This document shows, in pieces, positions 23,701 to 35,599 of a stretch of 64,000 nt of DNA. Source of the DNA: Hypanus sabinus (taxonomy: Eukaryota); contig NC_082738.1 of NCBI RefSeq assembly GCF_030144855.1, positions 43,152,001 to 43,216,000 of the forward strand, written 5' to 3'. A model generated the notes under the pieces. That model did not search any database and was not told where the DNA came from. It saw nothing but the letters and a program-made list of their open reading frames with translations. Numbering within the stretch: the stretch's first letter is position 1; every line of letters begins with the position of its first letter. The position numbers and the translations under genes were made by a program.

Positions 23701-26225
23701 GCAGCGAAGAGCGCTGGTAAGGGGAGGGGTAGAATAAATAACTAACTTGAATACTCAGGCCTGCCCTGAACCTTGCCAGTTGGTTTTCGATCTTGTATAG
23801 ATGGTGCATCTCCAACAAAAATATTTTATTAATCTTTCCTCATTCACGTATTGCAAACAAATTATTACAAATCCCTTGTACAAATAGAGCAGATGCATGT
23901 TGCAGCTTGATACGGATTTCACAGTGCTTTGAAAGTGGAAAATACAATTATGTAAAAAGAAGTGGGTAATTAGGTGTTATGATGTTACACTCTGAGTCCT
24001 CCTGGACAACTAAATCTCAACAGTGCCACTCAACCCAGTGAAAATTAATTCCTTGAGTATCTTATTGCAAAAATAAGCCCACCGAATAGAAATCCTGGAT
24101 GCTCAGTGTGATTTGCCAAGCAGTGATTTGAATGTTGAAAATACTGATTGAGTTTAAGCATTGCACTGACAATAGCACTGGAAGTTAAAATGTATTGGTT
24201 CAAAAATGGTGGTTCAAATTGCCACTTAATAGAAGGTAGGTGAGGTATATATTTGTGTGTACATGATGTAGTTTTTTGGATAATTCTAACCATTCCAAGC
24301 ATATTAACAAGATGTAATCAAAGTATTCAGGGTCATATTAATAATCTGGTTGGATTTTCCCATATTCCTGGTTCTTCCCTCAACTGATCAAATGTTTCAC
24401 GACTGAAGTCCTGTTTTCTCTTTTTATTTACAGTTTATACTAAGTCCATAATATTTTCCCTATGTTTGCTGTACAACAGGTTTTTAAAAATTATACTCCA
24501 CTGATTGCAAAGTATATTTAAGAAGCTAAGCAAATCCTTAACTGATTCAAATTTCCTTCTCCCAGTTCTTATGAGAAGTCTCTTTACAGATCCAACCCAG
24601 CATTAATATTTGTACTTTTAGCATTTCCTTTTATTAAATATTCCTTTTTGGACTGCAAATCAAGAGTTTCATACATTTCCCAGACTTGACCATGAAGTCT
24701 AGGCTAACATTTGCACACTCACAGTGCTCTAAGTTTCATAGGTTTCCAAATGCGATTAGGTGTTTGTTAAACTCAGCCCCTCTCTGATGTAGACACCTTC
24801 TTGGCACTGTTCAAAGAGGAACTGTGTGTTTTCATTGACTCTTCACAGCAGTACCTTGCCCCTATTCCCCACCTTAAGGAACCTTCAATTGCATTTAAAG
24901 CCAGTATTGCTGATCTTCATGTGGGGGCGGGGGGAATAATTTGTTTGCTGTGTGGCACAGCATATCTAGTGAATGCACTAATTCTACTTTTTTTAAAAAA
25001 AGTTCATTTTAGAGTAGTTCTGCAACTATATTTTAAAATGAGATTATCCATTATGACCTCAAAGAATTAACCATTGGTTGTGCAATAATGATGATTCTGA
25101 GTATTGCAGAGGAATTGCTCTCGTCTTTGGAATTGTTTGTTTATAGCCTGGATTACTTTCTACATTCACACACATTTTGGATGTTGCACAAATTTAATCA
25201 TATCCTGCATAAGGTAGTGTGTAGGATATTAGTGAGACAGCTGGCTATCAGTAAAGGTTCCAATAATCCAAAGAACTTTGACTTAAACGTCATCTATTAA
25301 AATATGGCATCAATAAAAGATGTATATAAAATCTTAATTTTTTGATAACAATGAGGGAGACAAAAACTATGCATGAACCTTTTTAGTGTAACTAAATATA
25401 TTTGTATACTAATTTTTTAAAATTCCACTGCTCATTATGATGTGCTTAATAGTTGGCCATGTGCGCATGTTAGTAGCTAATGTTGACAGTTGATCCAGTT
25501 GTTCATGATAAATCCACTTAATTATGGTAACAAAGTTCAGATGACAAGTATCAGTCATATCCGTAAGTAGTATCCAGAAGTGTGACAAAAGTACTATACC
25601 AGCATGCTTTGTTAGGGTGTGGCCTAAATGTTTCAAGTTGTAAGTGCAATGTCTGTTCTGCAAGATATAAAGGCTAGTCATCATGTCTAGCTTGCCCACT
25701 TGACCACTTTATGTGGATGCTTTTGTCAGATAACAAGTTAAAATGGCTGTCCAATATAGCATTTCACTTTGACTGCTGTTTCTTTTTTTTTGGTTCTGTA
25801 TGTTGTACCTGTGGCTGTAATGCAAACTGGTTGGACATTTTATGCACAATATATTCAGAAAAAATGCATGTAAATTCAAATCTCCTTTCTATAATTTTTA
25901 ATACTTGATGTTTTATGAAGGCTAAATTGATTTCTGCTTTTAGTGTATAATATGTAGTACAACTAAATTGGGGTTGTCTAGTCCAAATTCAGACTCGCTC
26001 AATATTTTATTTTACCTTCACCTTAGACCACTTTGTCTATCATCACTCTGGCTGCTGACAAGGACCGATCTACCTGTCATTCTGCCATGGACACAACCAA
26101 ATGGAGCTGAACGAGGATTATATTAAATCAGTTTCACTGATTATCCTCAGCTGCCAGAAAAGCAATTCTTAGCACCCCATTCATTACTGTATTGAGGCTG
26201 ATCCAAGAACATTTGCTAGTTTCTG

Positions 26226-26239
26226 GTGCCCCCTGCTGT
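26226..26239 (-). promoter_or_regulatory. Candidate CTCF site
   Basis: Minus strand ACAGCAGGGGGCAC, 13/14 to the core consensus, preceded by CTGCATCATGG; unique sequence; motif only. Confidence 0.45.
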
Positions 26240-26833
26240 CCATGATGCAGGCTTTTCCTGTTGAACTATCATATCCAGTATATTTCTCTATGATCTAGAT
26301 AGTTGTAAGCATGAAGGTACAAAACTCAGAAAAATAGAGTTGAGGCCAAAGATCATATCAGCCTTGGATAGAAGAATGACCAGTTGATGTACTGTTACTT
26401 TTTTTCATGTTCTTATTAATTTTATCCAGAATTGTGAACAAAGTCACTAAGATGTTTCAAAAGTGGAAAATCTACACACGTTAGCATCTTAAAGTTTATT
26501 TTTAATATTATCATTGCTCTGTCAATCAGTATGATTACTTAGTTTTGTGCAAAAATGTAAATTATATCAAAAGTGTGAAGCTGGTATCTAAGGACAGGGT
26601 GAAATCAATTCCATTTTTCATCGTATTAGGTAATTCAAAGGTTCAATGCAGGATCTTGCTGTTGAGACCATGTAACTATCGTGAAGTTATGTTCTTGATA
26701 ATCAGCATTCATAGTACATTGGTATGCTGAAGCAGTATTGTGACCTTGTGCAGTATATTAGCATAGTATAGTTTTCTTAGATGACATTGCCATATGTCAA
26801 AAATCCAACATTTTTTTTCTCTTGTTTTCACAG

Positions 26834-26927
26834 GGTTGAGTTCCAGAATAAGTTCTACTCTGGTTCTGGTTACAAGTTTGTTCCCTTCTCCTTTGAAAGC
26901 ATTCTCGAAGGGCGGTTTGAAGAGTAA
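26834..26927 (+). CDS. ATP6V0A1: ATP6V0A1 last coding exon
   Basis: [30 protein letters not shown] after cacAG acceptor; TAA at 26925-26927. Confidence 0.98.
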
Positions 26928-29705
26928 ATGGCATTTATGTTAAATTTAGCTGTGTTGTCAATGTATAAATAGTGATGCTCATGTGGATCATTTAGTCCTT
27001 CTGTTTCTCAGCACAATGTTGTATTGTAGTTTTGATGTATTTCTGCATGCACTAAAACCAAATGGTTTTCTGATGTTCATGAATGCAGTTGTCAATTGTG
27101 ACTTTTATAACTGAACGTCTGATACTACGTGGTATTCACTTAATGGTTTCCTGCAGTATAATTATCCCTTTTGGCAAACATGTTCATATGGAAAAGCTGC
27201 TCACTTTTTGGAAGGTTAAGACTAATCAACAGTATTGCTGTATTATGGCTCCCAGTAACTTGTCTTTTGTTCCAGTCTTCCAGCTATCTGATTTATTTAT
27301 TTTATTTTATATTTGGAAGTGACGGGCAGACAGTCGAATTTCAAAATGAAGTGCAAAGACGCATCTGTAAAATGTAGCATGTGGAAGCAATTATTGCCTT
27401 TCAGATTATTGCAGTCACTATAAAATCTGTAATTTGTGTGTGTGTATATATACGATGTAGGAAACCTGAAGTGGAGTATGAATGAAGAAGTGAAAGTTGA
27501 GTGCATCAAGCAGGATGGTTTAGAAAATGTCAGGAAAGTGAATTTCACTTGTTTCTAAAGTTGTGTTTAGGATACTCTCTGTTTAGAAGAATTACTCTGG
27601 CCTTTATACATTGAAATTCCAAAAAATAACTTTTTAAATTCTCACAATTTCTGTAGCTCAAGGAAAATAGTTCTGGACACTATATGTTTAATACCTGTTA
27701 GTTTCTTTGTTAAGAAGAGAAAAGCATCAAAGTTAATAAGTGTCCATACTGCTTGCTCTCCCACCCAATCAGATTTGTGTCTCTGTGACTTTACTCAACT
27801 GGTTAACTGACTTGTTTTATTTTCAATCATTGACCAAGTGACCCCATTTTCTGATGCAGCCCATGTTTCTGCTTCATTTTTTTCCCTCTTTGCCCAATAT
27901 AATGAGAACACTTATACACTTAAAGGTGTCAATAATCTTTTGTTACTTTGGTCTAAAGGGAACAATATGACGAGTAAAGGAGCCATATACTTTTGGTTTT
28001 TCTAAGCTTTATCACAGTTGATTTTAATTGCTGTGGAGATCTTAGTTTTCTTGGAAAACTGAGAAAACAAACATCATTCAATGGAAAATTGGTTTAGTTT
28101 AAAATTGCAGAATTTCACAGAAAACATTTTGTAACAAAAGGTTTCTTTGATTAGTGATTGATGTCACATTCATAAATATTTGCCAAATTTGAATTGGCAC
28201 TATGACAACCCAAGCCATTAGTGTGGCCCTAGATTTCCAAGGAACAGTGAATATTGTGATGTCCCATTACTGCCGTTTTTTAATGCAATTGTTAGATCCT
28301 CAATGTATATGTTGCATCGTTTATAAACCATACAGGACTGTAATGAAACATTGTTAGAATGTGACGCTTTTAATGCATCAATTCATATAAATCTCCTGTG
28401 ACCATTTGAAGTCATGATTTGGATTAAGAAATTATTTGGGGAAAAAAGTCCTATCTATAATATCATGCCCACAAAATGTTCTGCTCATTGAGGTCATTAA
28501 TTTGATGTACATCTTACTCCAGAGTACAGCAGGATGAAACAGCATAGATCTTATTCTGGGATGTGTAAGATGACAGCTGCCTGATTTTGTCATTTTTATT
28601 CAAGTTAATGTAAATCTTTTGCTTCTCTTCCCTGACCTTGCACCATGATTAAGAGACTTTAAAAGGCAGCTGTCTGTTTTTGTTCAATGGGTGATTTGAT
28701 CTAAGCAAGTGAGCAGTCTTTTATAAGTATCTGGAAAGTAAACATCTTTTTTAAACCCCAATGGCAGCTGAATATGGAGTTTGTCTTTTCCTGTAGATGA
28801 ATGTTAGTTAGGTGACAGTTTTAAGTGACTGTCTTTATCTACGTGCATAGTTTTTTGTGTGTGAACGAATATTAAACATGCTTTTGCAGTACATGTATTG
28901 TAACATTTAGGATGTTTCTTAGTGCTGTGTAGAAAATGCTGAATGATTGCCCAAATTAAGGCTACATGCCCTCACATATTTTTAATTGATTTGCACTAAA
29001 ATTTTGCATATCCTTAACTATTTGGACCAACATAACTTTCTTTTCACTTTTCACTACCATATCTAACTTTAAAATTAATTTGTTACTTTTTCCTGATGTA
29101 CTCCTTTGTCCACAATTAATGCATTAATACACTTCCATTGTGACTCTTGATCAGTTGCACAATGATCATGTGTGTAATAATGAAGTGAGGCACAGAATTA
29201 TTAGCAATTTCAAAAAAATATACTTCATTTTATATTTAGGGATTTTCTCATCTGTGCAAATTTATCTTTTTATTTATCAGTGTTTTCCAATCTAGACATT
29301 GTGCTTCAACAGACTTTTACAATAATGCATTCAAATGTTTGATTTGTACTAGCTAATGTCTATTTTGATTTAGGTTGACTGTGTAACATTTGACATCAAG
29401 CGTCAATGTTCTAAATCGCTACCCCATTCTCTAGTAAAGATGTTAAATTACATCTTTAAAATGTTGCATTAATTTTATGCATCTCACAGTGACAGAGGTG
29501 TCCTGATTGTCTGCTAATGCTTCTTTGCTGTTGAGACATTTGTTTACAGGTTTTGACTGTTTACAGCTTGTGAATGTGCACCCAGCTGAAGCTTTTTTTT
29601 GGTCATTTTTGAAATACTCTTGTATGGTTACTTTGTAAAAATTCAGTGTGTATAATTTCAATGTATATTTAAATATAGAATAAAAGTCTGGTGAAGTGTG
29701 TATTT
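26928..29705 (+). other. ATP6V0A1: Probable ATP6V0A1 3' UTR
   Basis: AT-rich stretch with no recognisable transposons after the stop, ending at AATAAA 29679-29684 with GT/T-rich sequence downstream. Confidence 0.65.
29679..29684 (+). terminator. Probable polyadenylation signal
   Basis: AATAAA with upstream TGTA motifs and downstream GTGTGTATTTT. Confidence 0.65.
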
Positions 29706-29980
29706 TAGAAGTCTGGAGACATTTGATTGATCTTTGTATCTACATGATACATATTTGCTGATTGCTTGCCTGACTATTCCTTATATCAGTGGGAACTACT
29801 TGGATTTAATGAAGAAGTTCATAATTGTGAAGTACAAAATGCCACCTTCCCTGCTTGCCAGAACTAGAGTACAGTCAAAATAAACCTCCTGAGGAGTATT
29901 AAATGGCCAGAAGCCATAAGGACAGTACAATTTTTGTTTTGTTTAGCTGTTGAATAGTTTAATAGTTTTAATTTAATTTA

Positions 29981-30108
29981 AATATTAAACCTGCTTTTGC
30001 AGTACATGTATTGTAACATGTAGGATGTTTCTTAGTGCTGTGTAGAAAATGCTGAATGATTGCCCAAATTAAGGCTACATGCCCTCACATATTTTTAATT
30101 GATTTGCA
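29981..30108 (+). repeat. 128-bp displaced copy of 28868-28995
   Basis: Direct repeat with two visible mismatches, embedded in AT-rich filler. Confidence 0.95.
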
Positions 30109-30685
30109 ATTAATTTAATTGATAAATTAATTTAATTAATAAACTATTAATTTAATAGTTGAATCATCTAGCATTAAAGCAACTAAAATTAAAACAATAT
30201 AAAATTAATGTATCTAGGGGAAAACTACCATAGCATTGTATTTTTTTTGTTCTAATATATTTTACTGGCATACCAAGGTTTTGAAGGAGTCTGTGTATGA
30301 CACGGGATGTCTTGTGCCACTGAGGTTCTTAATAGGCAGAGGTTAACTTCACAAAGTCTAAAATTCCAAAATACCAATTCATGGGGAAATTATGTTCTTT
30401 GCACGGAATACAAGATAAGTCTTGAAATTTGTATGCAGTATCATTTCCTGTGGGGAAAATATATTTGTTTTTTGATGATTTAATTTGGTTTATGGGGTTT
30501 TTATAAATGGATTGTCCTTTTTGTAGGAAATGAAATGTCTCACTTGGGTATGAGCTTTAAAATAGCTTTGGTGCAGATCTATATTTAATAGCAAATAGCA
30601 ATTCCCTTGTGTCACATTCTTCATTGTACAGAAATTACTAAAAGGGTTACCAGAAAAAGGATCTAATGCTTTCCTGGCATATATG

Positions 30686-30880
30686 ACGAATAAACTTTTC
30701 TTGGGCTTCCAGCCGGGTACAGATATAGATTTTAATTGACGTTTCAATGACAAACTCTGCCACCTTCATCGGCAATGATGCCTGGGCATGTCTAGTCCAG
30801 AGGTTTTAGACCCCCATCATCTGTCCCTCCTGATTGGTTAGTCCTCATCCAATCAGGTTTCCACTGTCCCACCTTATTTA
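30686..30880 (-). mobile_element. Penelope-like element terminal repeat with decayed hammerhead ribozyme
   Basis: Minus strand CCGATGAA-GGTGGCA-GAGTT-TGTCATT-GAAACGTC; homologous to 45505-45640. Confidence 0.65.
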
Positions 30881-31609
30881 CGTACTTAAATCCTGATTTA
30901 CAGGAAAATATGTAATTAACTATTTGCAATAAGATCCCGGATCCTCCTCAGGCAACTGTTCCTGAACAGTTTGTATGTTGGAAATGCGGCTGTGAACATC
31001 TCTGGCAGTGCAGAAGATGCCTGTGGAAGTAACTTGTCCCATATTGAATAGATAATTTGTTGAAGCATTTAAATCTCATTTTATCATTCTTATTAATAAA
31101 GTTGATATTAACAAATTTAGCATGAGACTCTGATACTTTGAAAGCTTTTACTACTACAGTTGGGGTTTTAAGTGCTATAGGTGGTGTTGAAAAGGACACT
31201 GCTGCAAGGCTGGACAACATGTTTTTTTACAGGATTCGCAAAATGGATATCAACGTGTTCACTGAAGTGTATTCTTGAGTTTGATGTGGCAACATTCCAG
31301 CTAATCAATTGCGGTTGCCTGCAATTCTGTAGCAGCCAGCAAATCCATTCTTCTGGTCCTCCAAACACTCATTTATATGTATGGGTTTGTACGTAAGCCA
31401 GGTGTTTGTAATCTGGGAAGGACCTTTAATAGCAGGTCAATTGTACTTGCTGGCAGTTAGGTAAGCCAATATTGGAACCAACATCATATGAACTGTTTCA
31501 CGTGTGTTTACTCCAGGGAAGCAAATTATTTTATTTATGCTTGGGAAATATTTCTAATAGCTGTGTTGGGTATACTGTATATTTACAATGAATTATATAT
31601 AGCCAAATT

Positions 31610-34310
31610 GAAGAAATAGCAAGCAGGATAGACAAAGGAGAATCAGTGGATGTTTATTTGTATTTTCAGAAGGCCTTTGACAAGGTGCCACACATGAGGC
31701 TGCTTAACAAGCTACAAGCCCATTGATATAGGACAAAGTAACAGCTGATTGGCAGGAAACAGTGTGGGAATAAAGGAAGCCTTTTCTGACTGGCTGCTGG
31801 TGACTAGGAGTGTTCCACTAGTAGGGGTCAGTGTTGGGACTGATTCTTGTGTTGTATCAATGAATTGGATGATGGAATTGATGGCTTTGTTGCAAAGTTT
31901 GCAGACGACATGAAGGTAGGTGGAGGGGCAGTTAGTTTTGAGGAAGTAGAGAGGCTACAGAAGGACTTTGACATATTAAGAGAATGGGCAAAGAAATAGA
32001 TGGAATAGAATTTTGAAGTGCATGATCATGTATGTTGATAGAAGAAATGAAAGGGTTAACTATTTTCTAAATGGAGAGAACATACAAACAAACAGAGGCA
32101 CAAAGGGACTTGCGAGTCCTTGTGCAGGATTCCCTAAAGGTTAATTTGCAGGTTGAGTCTGTGATGAGGAAGGCAAATACAATGTTAGCATTCATTTCAA
32201 GACGACTAAACATAAAACCAAGGATGTAGTATTGAAACCTTATAAAGCTATGGTGGAGCCTCTTGGGAGTATTGTGAACAGGTTTGGGCACCCTATTTTA
32301 GAAAGGATGTGTTGAAACTGGTGGGTTCAAAGGAGGTTCACAAAAATAATTCCAGGATTGAATAGCTTGTCGTATGAAAATTATTTGAAGGCTCTGGGTC
32401 TGTATTCACTAGAATTCAGAAGAATGAGGGGTGACGTCATTGAAACTTACTAAATGATGAAAGGCTTTGCTAGAGTGGATGTGAATAGTATATTTCCTAT
32501 GATAGGAGAGTGTAAGACCAGAGGACACAACCTCAGAATAGAGGGGCATTGAGTTAGAATGATGAGGAATTTCTTCAGCCAGAGTGGTGAATCTGGAATT
32601 CTTTGCCACAAGCAGGTGTGGAGACCAAGTCTTTATGTATATCTAAGGCAGAGGTTAATTGATTAGTGTAGAAATAGCAGGGGCTCTGACAGAAATATTT
32701 CAAATGTCATTAGAAACAGGGATGATGCCGGAGGATTGGCATATTGCTCATGTGGTTCCATTGTTTAAAAAGGGTTCTAAGAGTAAACCTAGCAATTATA
32801 GGCCTGTCAGTTTGATGTCAGTGGTGGGTAAATTAATGGAGAGTATTCTTAGAGATGGTATATATAATTATCTGGATAGACAGGGTCTGATTAGGAACAA
32901 TCAACATGGATTTGTGCGTGGAAGGTCATGTGTGACAAAACTTACTAAATTTTTTGAAGAGGTTACGAGGAAAGTTGACGAGGGTAAAGCAGTGGATGTT
33001 GTCTATATGGACTTCAGTAAGGCCTTTGACATGGTTCCGCACGGAAGGCTAGTTAGGAAGGTTCAATCGTTTGGTATTAATATTGAAGTAGTAAAATGGA
33101 TTCAACAGTGGCTGGATGGGAGATGCCAGAGAGTAGTGGTGGATAACTGTTTGTCAGGTTGGAAGCTGGTGACTAGTGGTGTGCTTAGGGATCTGTACTG
33201 GGTCCAATGTTGTTTGTCATATACAGTAATGATCTGGATGATGGGGTGGTAAATTGGATTAGTAAGTATGCAGATGATACTAAGGTAGGTGGTGTTGTGG
33301 ATAATGAAGTAGGTTTTCAAAACTTGCAGAGAGATTTAGAAGAGTGGGCTGAACGATGGCAGATGGACTTAATGCTGATAAGTGTGAGGTGCTACATTTT
33401 GGTAGGAATAATCCAAATAGGACACACATGGTAAATGGTAGGGCATTGAAGAATGCAGTAGAACAGTGATATAGGAAGAATGGTGCATAGTTCTCTGAAG
33501 GTGGAATCTCATGTGGATAGGGTGGTGAAAAAAGCTTTTGGTATGTTGGCCCTTATAAATCAGAGCACTGAGTAAGGAGTTGGGATGTAATGTTAAAATT
33601 GTACAAGGCAATGGTAAGGCTGAATTTGGAGTATTGTGTACAGTTCTGGTCACTGAATTATAGGAAAGATATCAACAAAACAGTACAGGGAAGATTTACT
33701 AGAATGTTACCTGGGTTTCAGCACCTAAGTTACAGGGAAAGATTGAACAAGTTAGGTCTTTATTCTTTGGAGCATAGAAGGGGAGACTTGATAGAGGTAT
33801 TTAAAATTATGAGGGGGATATATAGAGTTGACGTGGATAGGCCTTTTCCATTGAGAGTAGGGGAGATTCAAACAAGAAGACAGGAGTTGAGAGTTAGGGG
33901 GCAAAAGTTTAAGGGTAACATGAGGGGGAATTTCTTTACTCAGAGAGTGGTAGCTGTGTGGAACGAGCTTCCAGTAGAAGTGGCAGAGGCAGGTTCAATA
34001 TTGTCATTAAAAAAAAAATTGAATAGGTATATGGACAGGAGAGGAATGGAGGGTGATGAGCTGAGTGCGGGTCAGTGGGACTAGGTGAGAGTAAGCGTTC
34101 GGCATGGACTAGAAGGGCTGAGGTGGCCAGTTTCCATGATGTAATTGTTATATGGTTATATGATTCTTGATTGTTCAGGCAGTGAAGGGATACGGGGAAG
34201 AAGGCAGGAGATTTGGACTGAGGGGAAATGGATCAGCCGTGATGAAATGGCAAAACAGACTTGATGGGCCAAATTGCCTAATTCTGCTCCGATATTTTAT
34301 GGTCTTATGA
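31610..34310 (+). mobile_element. CR1 LINE (31610-32664, resuming 34161-34310) interrupted by a younger CR1
   Basis: FQKAFDKVPH and KFADD remnants; the sequence GCAGAGGTTAAT...GATTCTTGATT is split by the insert. Confidence 0.85.
32665..34160 (+). mobile_element. Nested 5'-truncated CR1 LINE
   Basis: ORFs 32659..33252 (NYRPVSL, DFSKAFD), 33207..33434 (KYADDTK), 33590..34084; TTATATGG tail; TGATT at both junctions. Confidence 0.9.
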
Positions 34311-34554
34311 TCAAATTGTATTTCCAAAAACACTTTTTGTTCTCCTTTCATTTAAGGGCCTATTAAAGTGAATAAATTTAGTTACATAATACTTCTTGTA
34401 GATAATTTAATCATTGAATTCCGAGTTAGGAAAAGGTTAATGTACCACACTGCATAATTAAAAATATATTTAAAGTGGGGTGCAGTGTATATATAACCCA
34501 TACTGTGATGCACATGCTGGAAAAGGATATCGAATCTCAAAGAATGGTGGTATG

Positions 34555-34930
34555 AATTAAGATGAGGAATTTAGAAAAATGGAGGGGGGGGGGAGTCTTA
34601 ATGAAACCTGTCAATTATTAAACGGCCTAGATAGAGTGGTTGTGGAGAGGATGTTTCCTATAGTGGTGACTCTAGGGCCAGAGGGCACAGCCTCAAATTC
34701 AAGAGACATCCATTTAGAACAGAGATGAGAAGGAATTTCTTTAGCCAGAAGGTGGTGAATCTGTGGAATTCATTGCCACATATGGCTGTAGAAGCCAAGT
34801 CATTCAGTATATTTAAAGCGGAGATTGATAGGTTCTTGATTAGTCGGCATCAAAGGTTATAGGGAGATGGCAAGAAAATGGGTTGAGGGGGATAATAAAT
34901 CAGCCATAATTGAAGGTGGAGCTTTCAATT
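34555..34930 (+). mobile_element. CR1 LINE 3' fragment
   Basis: EMRRNFFSQKVVNLWNSL-type ORF2 end. Confidence 0.85.
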
Positions 34931-35599
34931 ATTGCTCTATTGCTAATTTATCCTTGTCATAAGGGAAACGGACAAAGCCTGATCACTGATTTTTCCATTT
35001 CCCAAGAAAATTAAATAGATCTTTTATTTTAATTCTAGATTCTAATCTGTGAAATCTTTTCTTTTTATAGTATGTAGAATTTTTTAATGATTTTTGTTCT
35101 AGCTCTAGTGATTTACCTTTATTCCAGGACTCCTTTTAACCTTGTAGTTCAAGGTTAATTCATTTGGAGTTTGCAAAATAAGCTGGAGAAGAGTGACCAA
35201 CTAGTTAGACGGAAACTTATTCCATTGTTTGGGAATGTAGGAGGAAGCTGGACAAAGATACTTTAAGACTATAATTAGAAGATACCTACATGTAAAGAAT
35301 GGTAGAACTTTGGAACTCTGTTTTTATAAAGTTAATTTTAACCTGAGACTTTTGTTAACCAAGGGTCAAGGCACTGGAAAGCATAACAGCTTTCTTGAAC
35401 AGACTTGAAGCTCTAAGTGTTTATTCTTGCTCCAGCAGTATTAAAGGCAGGTTATTTTGTCTGGGAATCCAAAGGTGTAGTCCCATTTACCTAGGTTGAA
35501 AATACATAATCTTCAATATCAGCCAAAATGGAATTTTCCTTTAAAAGGGAGTTCGGGGAAGGAGGTGGATTGGCCCTGACCAAGTATGCCCTTTAGAAT

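Noticed and set aside
26027-26110. Strong-looking acceptor (TTTTACCTTCACCTTAG) in the last intron as an alternative terminal exon
   Set aside because: Splicing from 21564 would create an immediate TG|A stop that removes WVEFQNKFY; no homology or transcript support visible
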